From assembly GCA_002269645.1 (NCBI GenBank), contig NIVC01000618.1:372001-436000 (forward strand): a DNA stretch of 64,000 nucleotides. Direction: 5' to 3'. Position 1 is the first letter of the stretch, and each line of letters starts with the position of its first letter. The position numbers were made by a program, and so were the translations under genes. The notes below the pieces were generated by a model, which was not told the DNA's origin, ran no database searches, and saw only the letters and a program-made list of their open reading frames with translations. This stretch comes from Macrostomum lignano (lineage: Eukaryota). Shown here one piece after another: positions 1-18,700 of the stretch.

Positions 1-534
1 TTCAAAGTTTCATTAACCCCGGATACTGGGGAGGTTCGAACCAATGGTTGCGCAATTAACATCTCCCTTCAAAACTGGAGAAACAGGGAAAACTGAACCG
101 AAGCTTTGGATAACCATCGCATGCCAAGCAATGCAGTTCCACAAGCTTGGAAATTAATTTCATAGCGCCTCACCGCTTCTAGAAGACAAACTTTTCAATG
201 AGGACAAAAAATCTCTTTTGAAGCGGAAAGCCCAAGAACGTACACAAACAATAAACTTCCATTGTGTACTGCTCATGATATTACTGTGTTCCAGACTCTC
301 TCGACTCAAAGAAGCGTGACCCGCCATAGCAGTGCCTATCCAATCTTCAACTTGTTGGAGTTTTGTTCCTCCCCTGCGGCGGTGAGAGCCTCAAGGCAAG
401 CAATTTCTGAAATTGAAAGAAATTTGACAGATCTAGACAGAAAGAAGGGATCTGTCCGTGAGGGCTAGCACTGACTTCGAAGCCTTGGAGACAAAATATG
501 TTTGTAGAGTTTGAATGCTAAAACACTAAAACTT

Positions 535-1885
535 TACCATGGGGTCATGGTTCATAGCACTCTACAATTTGGGTCATGGCTCATAGCCACTTTACAATGG
601 GGTCATGGCTCATAGCCACTTTACAATGGGATCATGGCTCATAGCCACTCTACCATGGGGTCATGGCTCTTAGCCACTCTGCAATGGGGTCATGGCTCAT
701 AGCCATTTTACAATGGGGTCATGGCTCATAGCCACTTTACAATGGGGTCATGGCTCATAGCCACTTTACAATGGGGTCATGGCTCATAGCCACTTTACAA
801 TGGGGTCATGGCTCATAGCCACTCTACAATTTGGTCATGGCTCATAAATACTCTACCATGGGGTCATGGCTCTTAGCACTCTGCAATGGGGTCATGGCTC
901 AAAGCACTCTCCAATGGGGTCATGGCTCATAGCACTCTGCAATGGGGTCATGGCTCATAGCCACTCTATCATGGGGTCATGGCTCATAGCACTCTGCAAT
1001 GGGGTCATGGCTCATAGCCACTCTACAATCATAACCACTCTAATATGGGGTCATGGCTCATAGCCACTCTACCATGGGGTCATGGCTCATAGCACTCTGC
1101 AATGGGGTCATGGCTCATAGCCACTCTACAATTTGGGTCATGGCTCATAGCCACTCTACAATTTGGTCATGGCTCATAAATACTCTACCATGGGGTCATG
1201 GCTCATAGCACTCTGCAATGGGGTCATGGCTCATAGCCACTTTACAATGGGGTCATGGCTCATAGCCACTTTACAATTGGGTCATGGCTCATAGCCACTT
1301 TACAATGGGGTCATGGCTCATAGCCACTCTACAATTTGGGTCATGGCTCATAAATACTCTACCATGGGTTTATGACTCATAGCACTCTGCAATGGGGTCA
1401 TGGCTCATAGCACTCTGCAATGGGGTCATGGCTCATAGCCACTTTACAATTGGGTCATGGCTCATAGCCACTTTACAATGGGGTCATGGCTCATAGCCAC
1501 TCTACAATTTGGGTCATGGCTCATAAATACTCTACCATGGGTTTATGACTCATAGCACTCTGCAATGGGGTCATGGCTCATAGCCACTCTGCAATGGGGT
1601 CATGGCTCATAGCCACTCTATCATGGGGTCATGGCTTATAGCACTCTACAATTTGGGTCATGGCTCATAGCCACTCTATCATGGGGTCATGGCTTATAGC
1701 ACTCTACAATTTGGGTCATGGCTGATAGCCACTCTATCATGGGGTCATGGCTTATAGCACTCTACAATTTGGGTCATGGCTCATAGCCACTCTATCATGG
1801 GGTCATGGCTTATAGCACTCTACAATGGGGTCATGGCTCATAGTGAAGCAAGTCATAGCTCATAGCTCATAGTTAGGTCATAGTT
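535..1885 (+). repeat. Minisatellite, ~29-30 bp unit (ATGGGGTCATGGCTCATAGCCACTTTACA)
   Basis: Dozens of head-to-tail, slightly variant copies visible directly; ORF 866..1063 is its translation. Confidence 0.95.
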
Positions 1886-2584
1886 CATATTGGTATCATA
1901 ATAGTAGATAATAGTAGATCTTCTAGTTCTAAAAACCCCCCAAAGAATGAGAGATGCTCGCGGAGTTCAGAGCAGAATTGACTGTGAACTTTATACCATT
2001 TTCACAGTGGCATTTTTACCCCAAAGCCTTCAGGCGTTCTCAACCGAAGTGCCATTAGCATTGGAAATTTACTCAATTGCTAAAATTAAAAAACTAAGGT
2101 AAACCCGGTGTTTGCAGACCCAACAGCGGTCACAGTGGGCACCCACTACGAGCTATTCTCAAAGGTCGAATAGAACCGATTACTCCATCCAGTTAGGTGA
2201 GGATAATTTCCCTAATTTTATTATTGACTAATTCTAATTTGCACCGATTTGATTACCGAACTCGAATCTTGCAGAGCGCAATAAAATGTCGATGAGGGGA
2301 TGAATCTCCCCCCAGCTGACTCCACCTGCTGTTGACTCTGTGAGGCGCTTTTTACAACCCCCTTAGGGCTAATGAAAGAAGCAACGCTGAAGAACCGCCA
2401 TCTTAGACCGCAACTTTGCACCTCAATCGGCGGCTTCAGAACAGCGGGGTGCCAGCCTAGCTATCTATTCTTCAGTTGGGCATGGTGAGTTACCGCAGCC
2501 TTAGGGGGAGGCAGTTGATGACGCAACAGGGTTTCACAGCTGGAATATCGGTGCGCACACACTGACCCCTCATTCCAGGCCGCC

Positions 2585-2660
2585 AGCCAATGACATTTGG
2601 TCACAGCTCGCTATTGGATGAGCCGTCCTCCGCCCCAGCCTCAGTCTGTTGCATAAAACC
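2585..2660 (+). promoter_or_regulatory. Candidate ovo core promoter (two CCAAT boxes plus TATA-like element)
   Basis: CCAAT at 2587-2591, ATTGG at 2613-2617 and GCATAAAA at 2651-2658, about 110 nt upstream of the predicted ATG at 2765. Confidence 0.45.
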
Positions 2661-2764
2661 GGCTGTCAAGAATTAAGAAAATAACTCAAAAAACTTTTAA
2701 ACTCGATTTGTGAGACACAGAGCAACACAGGCAATAGAATACCGACAGTCAACTGACGTAAGCC

Positions 2765-9431
<6,667 letters not shown>

Positions 9432-10419
9432 GGAAGCCTGACGCATGCCCGATTGAAAGCGATTGGTTGATCAATCAATGATGCGATTGGCGACTCGACT
9501 CTGGCGACGGGGCGACGACGGCAGCGGCGGTGGCAGTGGCGGCGGTGGCAGCACATTCTTCATCTTGGGCTCGTTTTGTTCGGCGTTACGGCTGTCGGAA
9601 TTATAAAAGAATCAGTTTTCAAAGCGTGTTACTTTCAGTAGAGTAGTTTGTGCATTCAAAACTAGATTTTTCAAGCTCCCCGCATTTTCTGTGCCAGCTT
9701 TTCTGGGTTTTCTTTTTTTCCCTTTCTTTGTGATTTGTTCCACCTGCGGTGCTGCTTTTAGGGAATTTCGTGTGCTCACCAATATTTGCAGCATTTCTGC
9801 CTGTTTTTGTCTGGCTTTTATGTTTGAAGAATTTTTTAGGAGTCCAAATATTTTCCTGTCACAAATTTTCTGCTCTTCTTTGTGCTCAGATTTCTACAGA
9901 TTTCACTATTTTCTATTCGATTTAATTTGCACATTTTTTGCCCAACGCACCAAACAAAACAAGGCAAGACCAAGAGACTGCCTCCGACCTCACTCGATCA
10001 ATACCAGCCACGCTGCTCACCTTTTTCGTTCGAAATTTTGCACCAAAATCGTAACTAAAATTTTTCGTCTTGTTGTCAAAGTTCGTCGCCAAAAATTCGT
10101 ATTTTAATGTTCGATCGCCATTCTGCTTCAATCGTGCCGCTGCTCGCAATGCGCTAACAAAATATGAAAAAAAAACAAAAAAACTGTCCTAAATGATCTG
10201 TTTTGACCATAGACAAAAGCCTTGATACTGTATTAAAATTGCGTGCATAGTTACATATTTTTTCTATCTTCTGTAGTTGCAAATTATGCTTAGTTAAAAA
10301 TACAAAAAATTGTCTTTGTGACTGAAACGGGCGCTGCGTGTTTTCAGTTATTAAAAACTAAATGTGACTCACTTGACTACTGCGTGTTGCTTCTTTGACA
10401 GCTTATCGACATTCTGTTT

Positions 10420-11055
<636 letters not shown>

Positions 11056-11629
11056 TTGTATCTCTTGAGCATGCAGCACTGTCTGTCAACTGCAAATTAT
11101 TTCATCTGCTAATTGCTAATTACGCTCGTAGTTTCATTGCGCAGAAGCAGCACCGAGCAAGTCAGCGAACAGAAGCCAGAAGCAGATGTCTTGCATGGCT
11201 ACTCAGCCTCTCAATCTTTACGACACAAAATTATTACAGACATCAGAGAGAGTTTTTATGACGGTGCAATTACTTTTCAAGGTTTTATTTCATGGCATTG
11301 ATCTGCTATGCTCATGCAGCAAGTTTGCGGCATTGCCAAGGATGCCCAAATCCCTGAAGTGCAATACAAGCGTATTCCCAGAAAATAATTGGATTATAAT
11401 TCTGCTTTCAATTCTTCGATTTTTGCTTTGCAGACAGGCAGTCCAAAATTAACAAAAAGAAAAATGAACTTCTCAAGCAAAGCCGTATGAAAATAAAAAT
11501 TGAAGTTAGAATGATAAATAACCGAAAAAGGTAGTTCAGTGGTCCATTTGTGTTTATTTGGATTTTAATTTCTAAGGTTGGACAAAACAGTATCGATGCA
11601 AATCTATTGCAACAAATTAATTTTTTATC

Positions 11630-12276
11630 TTAGCCAAGAAACTCGGACACCGGCCGACGCTTTCCCAGATACTCGGACACTGGCCGGCGTTTCCCTAGAT
11701 ACTCGGACACCGGCCGACGCTTTCCTAGATACTCGGACACTGGCAGGCGCTTTCCTAGATACTCGGACACTGGCAGGCGCTTTCCTAGATACTTGGACAC
11801 TGGCCGGCGCTTTCCCAGATACTCGGACACTGGCCGGCGCTTTCCTAGAAACTCAGTCACTTCCCGACGCTTTTCCAGATACTCAGACACTGGCCGGCGC
11901 TTTCCTAGAAACTCGGACACTGCCCGGCGCTTTTCAAGGAATTCCAATTCTGGCTCGCGCTTGCCAGATGAAAATTCGTTCTCCATGTTTCCCTGCCGCT
12001 GCATAGAGTCAATGCCGCTGCCTACAGTGAGAAATCAATGTCAAGTTGAAGCAAATTAGAAAGCAATCAAAATATTTTTACAAATAGGCATATCGATTAG
12101 ATAAGAGCCATTACCCAAATCATTGCTGGCCTCAGCTGCCAGCACAATGGGAAGCTGAGCGAGTTGTATCAGAATAGCGCCTATGATCAGCCAATAGGCA
12201 ATCGGACGATCTACAAAAAAGTAGAAAATGATATTTTTAATGGAGCTAATTTACCGGATTGTGAGGATTGTGACAT
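11630..12276 (-). CDS. Multi-copy neuropeptide precursor (EFLamide/EYLamide, TRH-type-like), 3 coding exons
   Basis: Exons 12276-12255, 12210-12115, 12021-11630 (GT-AG, phases 1,1) give MSQSSQSDRPIAYWLIIGAILIQLAQLPIVLA-AEASNDLGSGIDSMQRQGNMENEFSSGKR, then 11 KR-delimited units such as RAVSEFLG, RPVSEYLG, LPVSEYLG. The protein ends EFLG-stop. Signal peptide, dibasic sites and amidation glycines are all present; AATAAA lies about 75 nt past the stop. Confidence 0.9.
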
Positions 12277-12439
12277 AATTCAGATAATCTTACAGTTTAA
12301 TCTTACAATTTGCTTTGGAGCTCATTGTCTAACAGTCGAAATCACGTGCAGACTGTAGACCGAGGTACAAAAAGATTTGCGCGATATTTTTGTAGTTTTC
12401 AAGAAGGTGTGCACAAGCATATTTAGCAACCAAAATGCA

Positions 12440-12447
12440 TATATATA
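12440..12447 (-). promoter_or_regulatory. TATA box candidate for the neuropeptide gene
   Basis: TATATATA about 165 nt upstream of the ATG at 12276. Confidence 0.4.
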
Positions 12448-12638
12448 GCGATTGAGTGCTACTGCAAAGAGCCAATCTGATATCGCAGGACTTCAGCATG
12501 CGTTTATTGCGCCTCCAGTTTTTTCATTATCAGGTCTAATCACTCTACTAATCGAAGTAGTATTAATAGAAAATAACGCCCAGATATAGTTATAGAGTTT
12601 AACTGTTAGTTGACCAAAATGTACAGTCGGGTTCAGGT

Positions 12639-13407
12639 CATAGGCGTAGGAACGGGGGGGGGGCAGTGGGGCCATGGCCCCCCACTTTAAAAAGTGGGTG
12701 GGGGCAGTAATGGTAATCTGGCCCCTCCACATTTTAAATTCAAAATGTAGACTTTTTTGCTTTTTTTTACTCTTATTTCTGGTTTTTGCTGCTTTGCATG
12801 AATGCATTTTGCTGCAGGACGACAAAACATGGCGCCTGCGGCGCCAAAATGAGTGCCTGCGGGGGTCGCCATCATAAACCCGAAAATCACAACTCCGAAA
12901 GCACTTCCCATCATAAACCTGAAATATAATAAAACCCGAAATATAAACCCGAAATATCATAAGCCCGAAAAATCATAACTCCGAAAACCAGAATAGTGTT
13001 GGACATTGCCAGAACTTTCGGAGTTATGATACTTCGGGTTTGTGATTTTTCGGGTTTATGATGGGCGTTGCTATTTTGTTTTTCGGAGTTGTGATTTTTC
13101 GGGTTTATGATGGGCGTTGCTATTTTGTTTTTCGGAGTTGGGATTTTTCGGGTTTATGATATTTCGGGTTTATGATGGAAATCGCTTTTCGGAGTTGTGA
13201 TTTTTCGGATTTGTGATGCCCCCCGCCTGCGGCGCCAAAATAAGTGCTGACAACACCGATTCTGTAAATAATCGGTACAATATGATAATGTGCATTTCGC
13301 ATATAAAAAAATGTAACTCGACGGGGGGGCGTACGCCCTGTGCGCCACCCCCCCCCTAAATCCGCCACTGAACCTGGCCCCCACTTTTTGAAACGTTCCT
13401 ACGCTAA
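12639..13407. mobile_element. hAT-like MITE with internal fold-back repeats, probably nested elements
   Basis: Termini CATAGGCGTAGGAACG / CGTTCCTACGCTA, flanked on both sides by TTCAGGT (decayed 8-bp TSD). Internal ATCATAAACCCGAAAA repeats (12860-12990) face their reverse complement (13020-13210). A second element end, CAGTGGCGGATTTAGGGGGG, is on the minus strand near 13350-13370. Confidence 0.7.
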
Positions 13408-13726
13408 TTCAGGTTTTGGCGAGTTTGTCAAATCCATGTACGTTATATGAGTACTAGAGAGAATAAATATAGACAACTGAATCAAGTTCCCACGTACATG
13501 TATTGAGATGTTTAGTAATGTGTACTCGTATTTTATAGCACAAAATACGAGTATATTATAACACAACAGATAAGAAAACAAACTTGTAGATCAAAAAGTT
13601 TTTAAACTTATAGTAGTTCTGGTCTAAACTTTTTTTATTTATGCACTTTAATTCCTTTAATTTTCCTGGTACGTCTGCAGCATTCGGACAGCAGAGATAA
13701 CTTCTGAAACTTATAGTGTTGTACAC

Positions 13727-14010
13727 CAGGGGCGTCGCCGTGGATTTTATGGCGGGGGACAAAGCTAAGAATTCTACATGTATATTGTACATGACTAAAT
13801 TTTACATTTACATTATAATTACATTTAGAAATTGTCAGCGCTCAATTTGGCGCCGCAGGAACTCATTTTGGTGCCGCAGGCGCTATGTTTTCTCTCCCTG
13901 AAGCAAAATCATTGATTTCCATAACAGATCACAAGGTGGGGTGAGGACAAAACATTGCCATGTCACCCCATAGCTTTTACTAGGGGCATGTCCCCATAGC
14001 GACGCCCCTG
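13727..14010. mobile_element. MITE with CAGGGGCGTCGC terminal inverted repeats
   Basis: CAGGGGCGTCGC at 13727 and GCGACGCCCCTG ending at 14010; shares GGCGCCGCAGG motifs with the neighbouring MITE; no clean TSD. Confidence 0.65.
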
Positions 14011-14630
14011 GTGACATGTAGGAAACATGTACATGTAGTTTGATGTAAGGAAACTACATGTACGAGTACAACAAGACGATATTGTTAGTAGTAAGCGCTT
14101 ATCGGCCATTTGTAAAGCCTATCACCATTTTAGCAAAACTTTTTTTTGAAAAAAACTCACCTGAAAATTAAAAGACACCTCAGATTGATAGACGTTTTTA
14201 AAGATATGAAAAAATATCTTTAAGAGAATCTACGTTTTTTGAACAGGGAATGAGCAAGAATTGAGCAGGAAATGGTCAGAGTGAACCGGATATAGACAAA
14301 GAGTTGCTTTCAATTAATTAAAGCATGCATTCAAGTTTATTATCGGGTGCAAAAACAGTTTGAAAAAATACGAATAAATCCGCAGAGCAAAATTATCTGA
14401 ATTATTTGATACCCGGCTTTTTCAAATGCTCGTTATTACATCGCAACGCAGTGGCACCTTTACGAAAAAATATTTTATAGGAACTTACTAAGAAAGAAGT
14501 ATTTTGTGAACACGATCCACTCTGTTAAACTTGAGGATTTCGATTTGGTTATTTTTCTAAAACTTAGTTTACCCATCAAGCAATGTAACTTTAAGTTAAT
14601 TTTTATTCACTCAAATTTGACAAAAGGTAA

Positions 14631-15668
14631 ATGGATAGAGACAACTTAAAAACTCTTCTCATCACTGCGAACGTTGGATCACTGTTTGACCACGTGAGTA
14701 ATTTGTGTTTCTGTCAAATTTGTGTTTCTTGATTTTGCTTATTGTTGCTTTTTGGTACGATTCTGTTTAAGTCTTGCTGTACCTTTAATTTTGCTAAATC
14801 AAGAACCACAGTTGTTTGAAGTTTGTATGGGCTGTTTTATATTTGCTTAAAGTTAAATTGCTGTTACTTCTCAGAATTTAGCTAAAATTAAATTCTGAGA
14901 GTTAATTAAAAACTTTTGTGTCTTTAGAATTTTTCGTTATTTATAATGGAAGATATTTCTTTTTTGTATTTTAGAATTATAAAATTTTTAAATAGTTCAT
15001 TTAGGCATGCAAAAAGTCCAAATGTTTAAACTATAAAAATCCTATTCTTTGTTATTTGATTTCACTTATAATTTATCCATAATTCCTGTGAACTATTTGT
15101 GATGAAATATCAAGCAAAAAGCCTTTTTATTGATTCTTTTTATACCAATTGATTATTAGATTCAAATAATGTTTGGTTGATTTTTTTAATGCCTACAATA
15201 TAAAATGAAAAAAATAAAGTTCTATTTTTCTTCCTTTTCTTGTGTACATAAAGGAAGTTATATTATACAGTTATGACTTCATTAAAATTAAAATCTGGAT
15301 AATTTTATAAATATATTTTATAAATCCTCTACAGAAGCACTTGCTACAACCATGGTTGAAGAACCTTTTCCAGGTACAGATTGCATATAGCTGTTATATT
15401 GTTATTGTGTATTATAATGCTATTCCTCAACAGCAAACTCAATTTAATCTGATAAAAAATTGTCAGGCTATTTCCGACAAGGATCCAGATTTCATCGCTG
15501 TCCACTGCCAGGAAATTGGCGGCAAGAATTTCACGAAATCGATGCCCAATGTTGACTCGTGGATTAGGTGAGCTTATCCAGATGAGTAGCTTAATCCACG
15601 CTGGCAAACGGATTGTCTTGACAGAAAATTTAATTGAAAGAAGGCACTCGGAAATTGAGGTTGATAGG

Positions 15669-15706
<38 letters not shown>

Positions 15707-18700
15707 AGAGGGGGTTGCCTACCTCCCTTTTTGCCAGCTTTTCCCTTGCCGAGTGACTGCTTCTGTCTCTGCCTTCTCTGCCACCCCCTCCGACACGATT
15801 TCTCTTCCCATCGGGGCAACCCAATTCCTCTGCTAATTAGATGCTCACTGTCTTCCTGCCTCTCTCCTCGCTTCCTTTTATCCCGAGTAGACTGCGGGGG
15901 AATCCTCCACTTTCTCATCCTACGTGGGAATTTGGGATCTCAAAGCCGGCATCACCTCTGGCCCATTCTGGGCACTTTGCACTTGGCACAGTCTCTCTTC
16001 TGAGAGCCAAGGATGCGAGTCTGCCTGCCATCCTCTGGGAGCAGTCGGAATGGAGTGGTTAATAGCAATGGATTGATTTGGCCTCCCCTTCCTTGCGGAC
16101 GTCCTTAAGCGGCTAATGCGATTTTTATCTGGCAAACGGAATTTTTATCTATTTCTGAGAACGGGAGGAGTCCAGTGTGTGAGACGGGGTTCCAGAGCAA
16201 AGAGGTAGGTAGGCTTTTTTGGTTTTATGGAATAAAAAAAGTTTGCTAAGATGTGCCAGCCATTGATCTGCGCGTGTTAACTGGGAATTCGGATTTTTAC
16301 TTGGCTATTTTGCACTGTCAGTAGAAAATATTCAGTTGCTGGGCCAGTCTCCCAGATCCTCAGTTGCTGAGCCAGTCTCCCAGATCCTCAGTTGCTAGGC
16401 CAGCCTCCCAGATCCTCAGTTGCTGGGCCAGCCTCCCAGATCCTCAGTTGCTGGGCCAGCCTCCCAGATCCTCAGTTGCTGGGCCAGCCTCCCAGATCCT
16501 CAGTTGCTGGGCCAGCCTCTCAGATCCTCAGTTGCTGGGCCAGCCTCTCAGATCCTCAGTTGCTGGGCCAGCCTCTCAGATCCTCAGTTGCTGGGCCAGC
16601 CTCCCAGATCCTCAGTTGCTGAGCCAGTCTCCCAGATCCTCAGTTGCTGAGCCAGCCTCCCAGATCCTCAGTTGCTGAGCCAGTCTCCCAGATCCTCAGT
16701 TGCTGAGCCAGCCTCCCAGATCCTCAGTTGCTGAGCCAGCCTCCCAGATCCTCAGTTGCTGAGCCAGCCTCCCAGATCCTCAGTTGCTGAGCCAGCCTCC
16801 CGAATCCTCAGTTGCTGGGCCAGCCTCCCAGTTCCTCAGGGTCAACGCTACCCTTCCGGATTCCGATTACGAGGCCTGAAACCCAAACAATGTATCAGCA
16901 TTAAATTCTGTATATAATCAAGCTAAATATTTTATTGTACAACACAATTGTTTCCAGCGAGCTGATGACCTCAGAGGCGCTGAAGCTCTACGATAAGGCG
17001 AGAATTTTTCTAGACAGAGATTATGAAGCGCATGATACTTTCACTGTGAGTTTGCATTGCTTCATTGTAGCTTCAGTATGTCTGCAATACAACTTCAGTA
17101 TTTCTTCAGTGTAGCCTCAATGTAACTTCAGTATTTCTTTTCAGTGTAGCTTCAGTATTTCTTCAGTGTAGCTTCAGTATTCCTTCAGTGTAGCTTCAGT
17201 ATTCCTTCAGTGTAGCTTCAGTATTCCTTCAGTGTAGCTTCAGTATTACTTCAATTTAGCTTCAGTGTCAGTGTATTCATAGCATAGCTAAGCCTGTATT
17301 CGCAGTTTTAAAGCTAGCAAGCGGATCTGCAGCATGGCAGAGAAACCGTCTGTAATCCCCGAATCCCAATACCGTATTGATGGATTGATCGTCCTGCGGC
17401 GCCTTCCATTCAGAATCCAATTTATTTAATGGCCAGTTCGTGTCAAACAGCGGCCTTCTTACTGAATACAACTGGCATAACCCGTGGCCGCTCGTCTGCC
17501 ATTTTTTCTAGATTAAATTACTGTCATTAAAATTTAGCCTCGCGCAATAAAGCATTAGTGTGGACAGAGCCTTTTCTGTTATTTATCAGTCATTTGTCTC
17601 TCTCCCTGACTCTCCCTGTCTCTCTCCCTGTCTCTCTCCCTGTCTCTGCCTGTCTCTCTCCCTGTCTCTGCCTGTCTCTCTCCCTGTCTCTCTCCCTGTC
17701 TCTCTCCCTGTCTCTGCCTGTCTCTCTCCCTGTCTCTCTCCTGTCTCTCTCCCTGTCTCTCTCCCTGTCTCTCTCTCCGTCTCTGCCTGTCTCTCTCCCT
17801 GTCTCTCTCCTGTCTCTCTCCCTGTCTCTCTCCTGTCTCTCTCCCTGTCTCTCTCTCTGTTTCTCCCTGTCTCTCTCTCCGTCTCTGCCTGTCTCTCTCC
17901 CTGTCTCTCTCCTGTCTCTCTCCCTGTCTCTCTCCCTGTCTCTCTCCCTGTCTCTCTCCTGTCTCTCTCCCTGTCTCTCTCCCTGTCTCTCTCCCTGTCT
18001 CTCTCCTGTCTCTCTCCCTGTCTCTCTCCCTGTCTCTCTCCCTGTCTCTCTCCCTGTCTCTCTCCCTGTCTCTCTCCCTGTCTCTCTCCCTGTCTCTCTC
18101 TCTGTCTCTCTCCCTGTCTCTCTCCCTGTCTCTCTCCCTGTCTCTGCCTGTCTCTCTCCCTGTCTCTGCCTGTCTCTCTCCCTGTCTCTCTCCCTGTCTA
18201 TCTCCCTGTCTCTGCCTGTCTCTCTCCCTGTCTCTGCCTGTCTCTCTCCCTGTCTCTCTCCTGTCTCTCCCTGTCTCTCTCCTGTCTCTCTCCCTCTCTC
18301 TCCCTTTCTCTCTCCTGTCTCTCTGCCTGTCTCTCTCCCTGTCTCTCCCTGTCTCTCTCCTGTCTCTCCCTGTCTCTCTCCTGTCTCTCTCCCTCTCTCT
18401 CCCTCTCTCTCCCTGTCTCTCTCCCTGTCTCTCTCCTGTCTCTCTCCCTGTCTCTCTCCCTGTCTCTGCCTGTCTCTCTCCCTGTCTCTCTCCCTGTCTC
18501 TCCCTGTCTCTCCCTGTCTCTCTCCCTGTCTCTCTCCCTGTCTCTCTCCTGTCTCTCTCCCTGTCTCTCTCCCTGTCTCTCTCCTGTCTCTCTCCCTGTC
18601 TCTCTCCCTGTCTCTGCCTGTCTCTCTCCCTGTCTCTCTCCCTGTCTCTCCCTGTCTCTCCCTGTCTCTCTCCCTGTCTCTCTCCCTGTCTCTCTCCCTG

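Noticed and set aside
1-530. Possible retroelement or gene fragment, ORF 262..468
   Set aside because: No recognisable motif in the frames examined, and the frames are interrupted by stops.
2482-2490. ATG|GTGAGT as ovo first exon
   Set aside because: Phase 0 would join exon 2 in a frame that soon terminates. The 2765-2792 exon gives the required phase 1. It could still be a 5' UTR donor.
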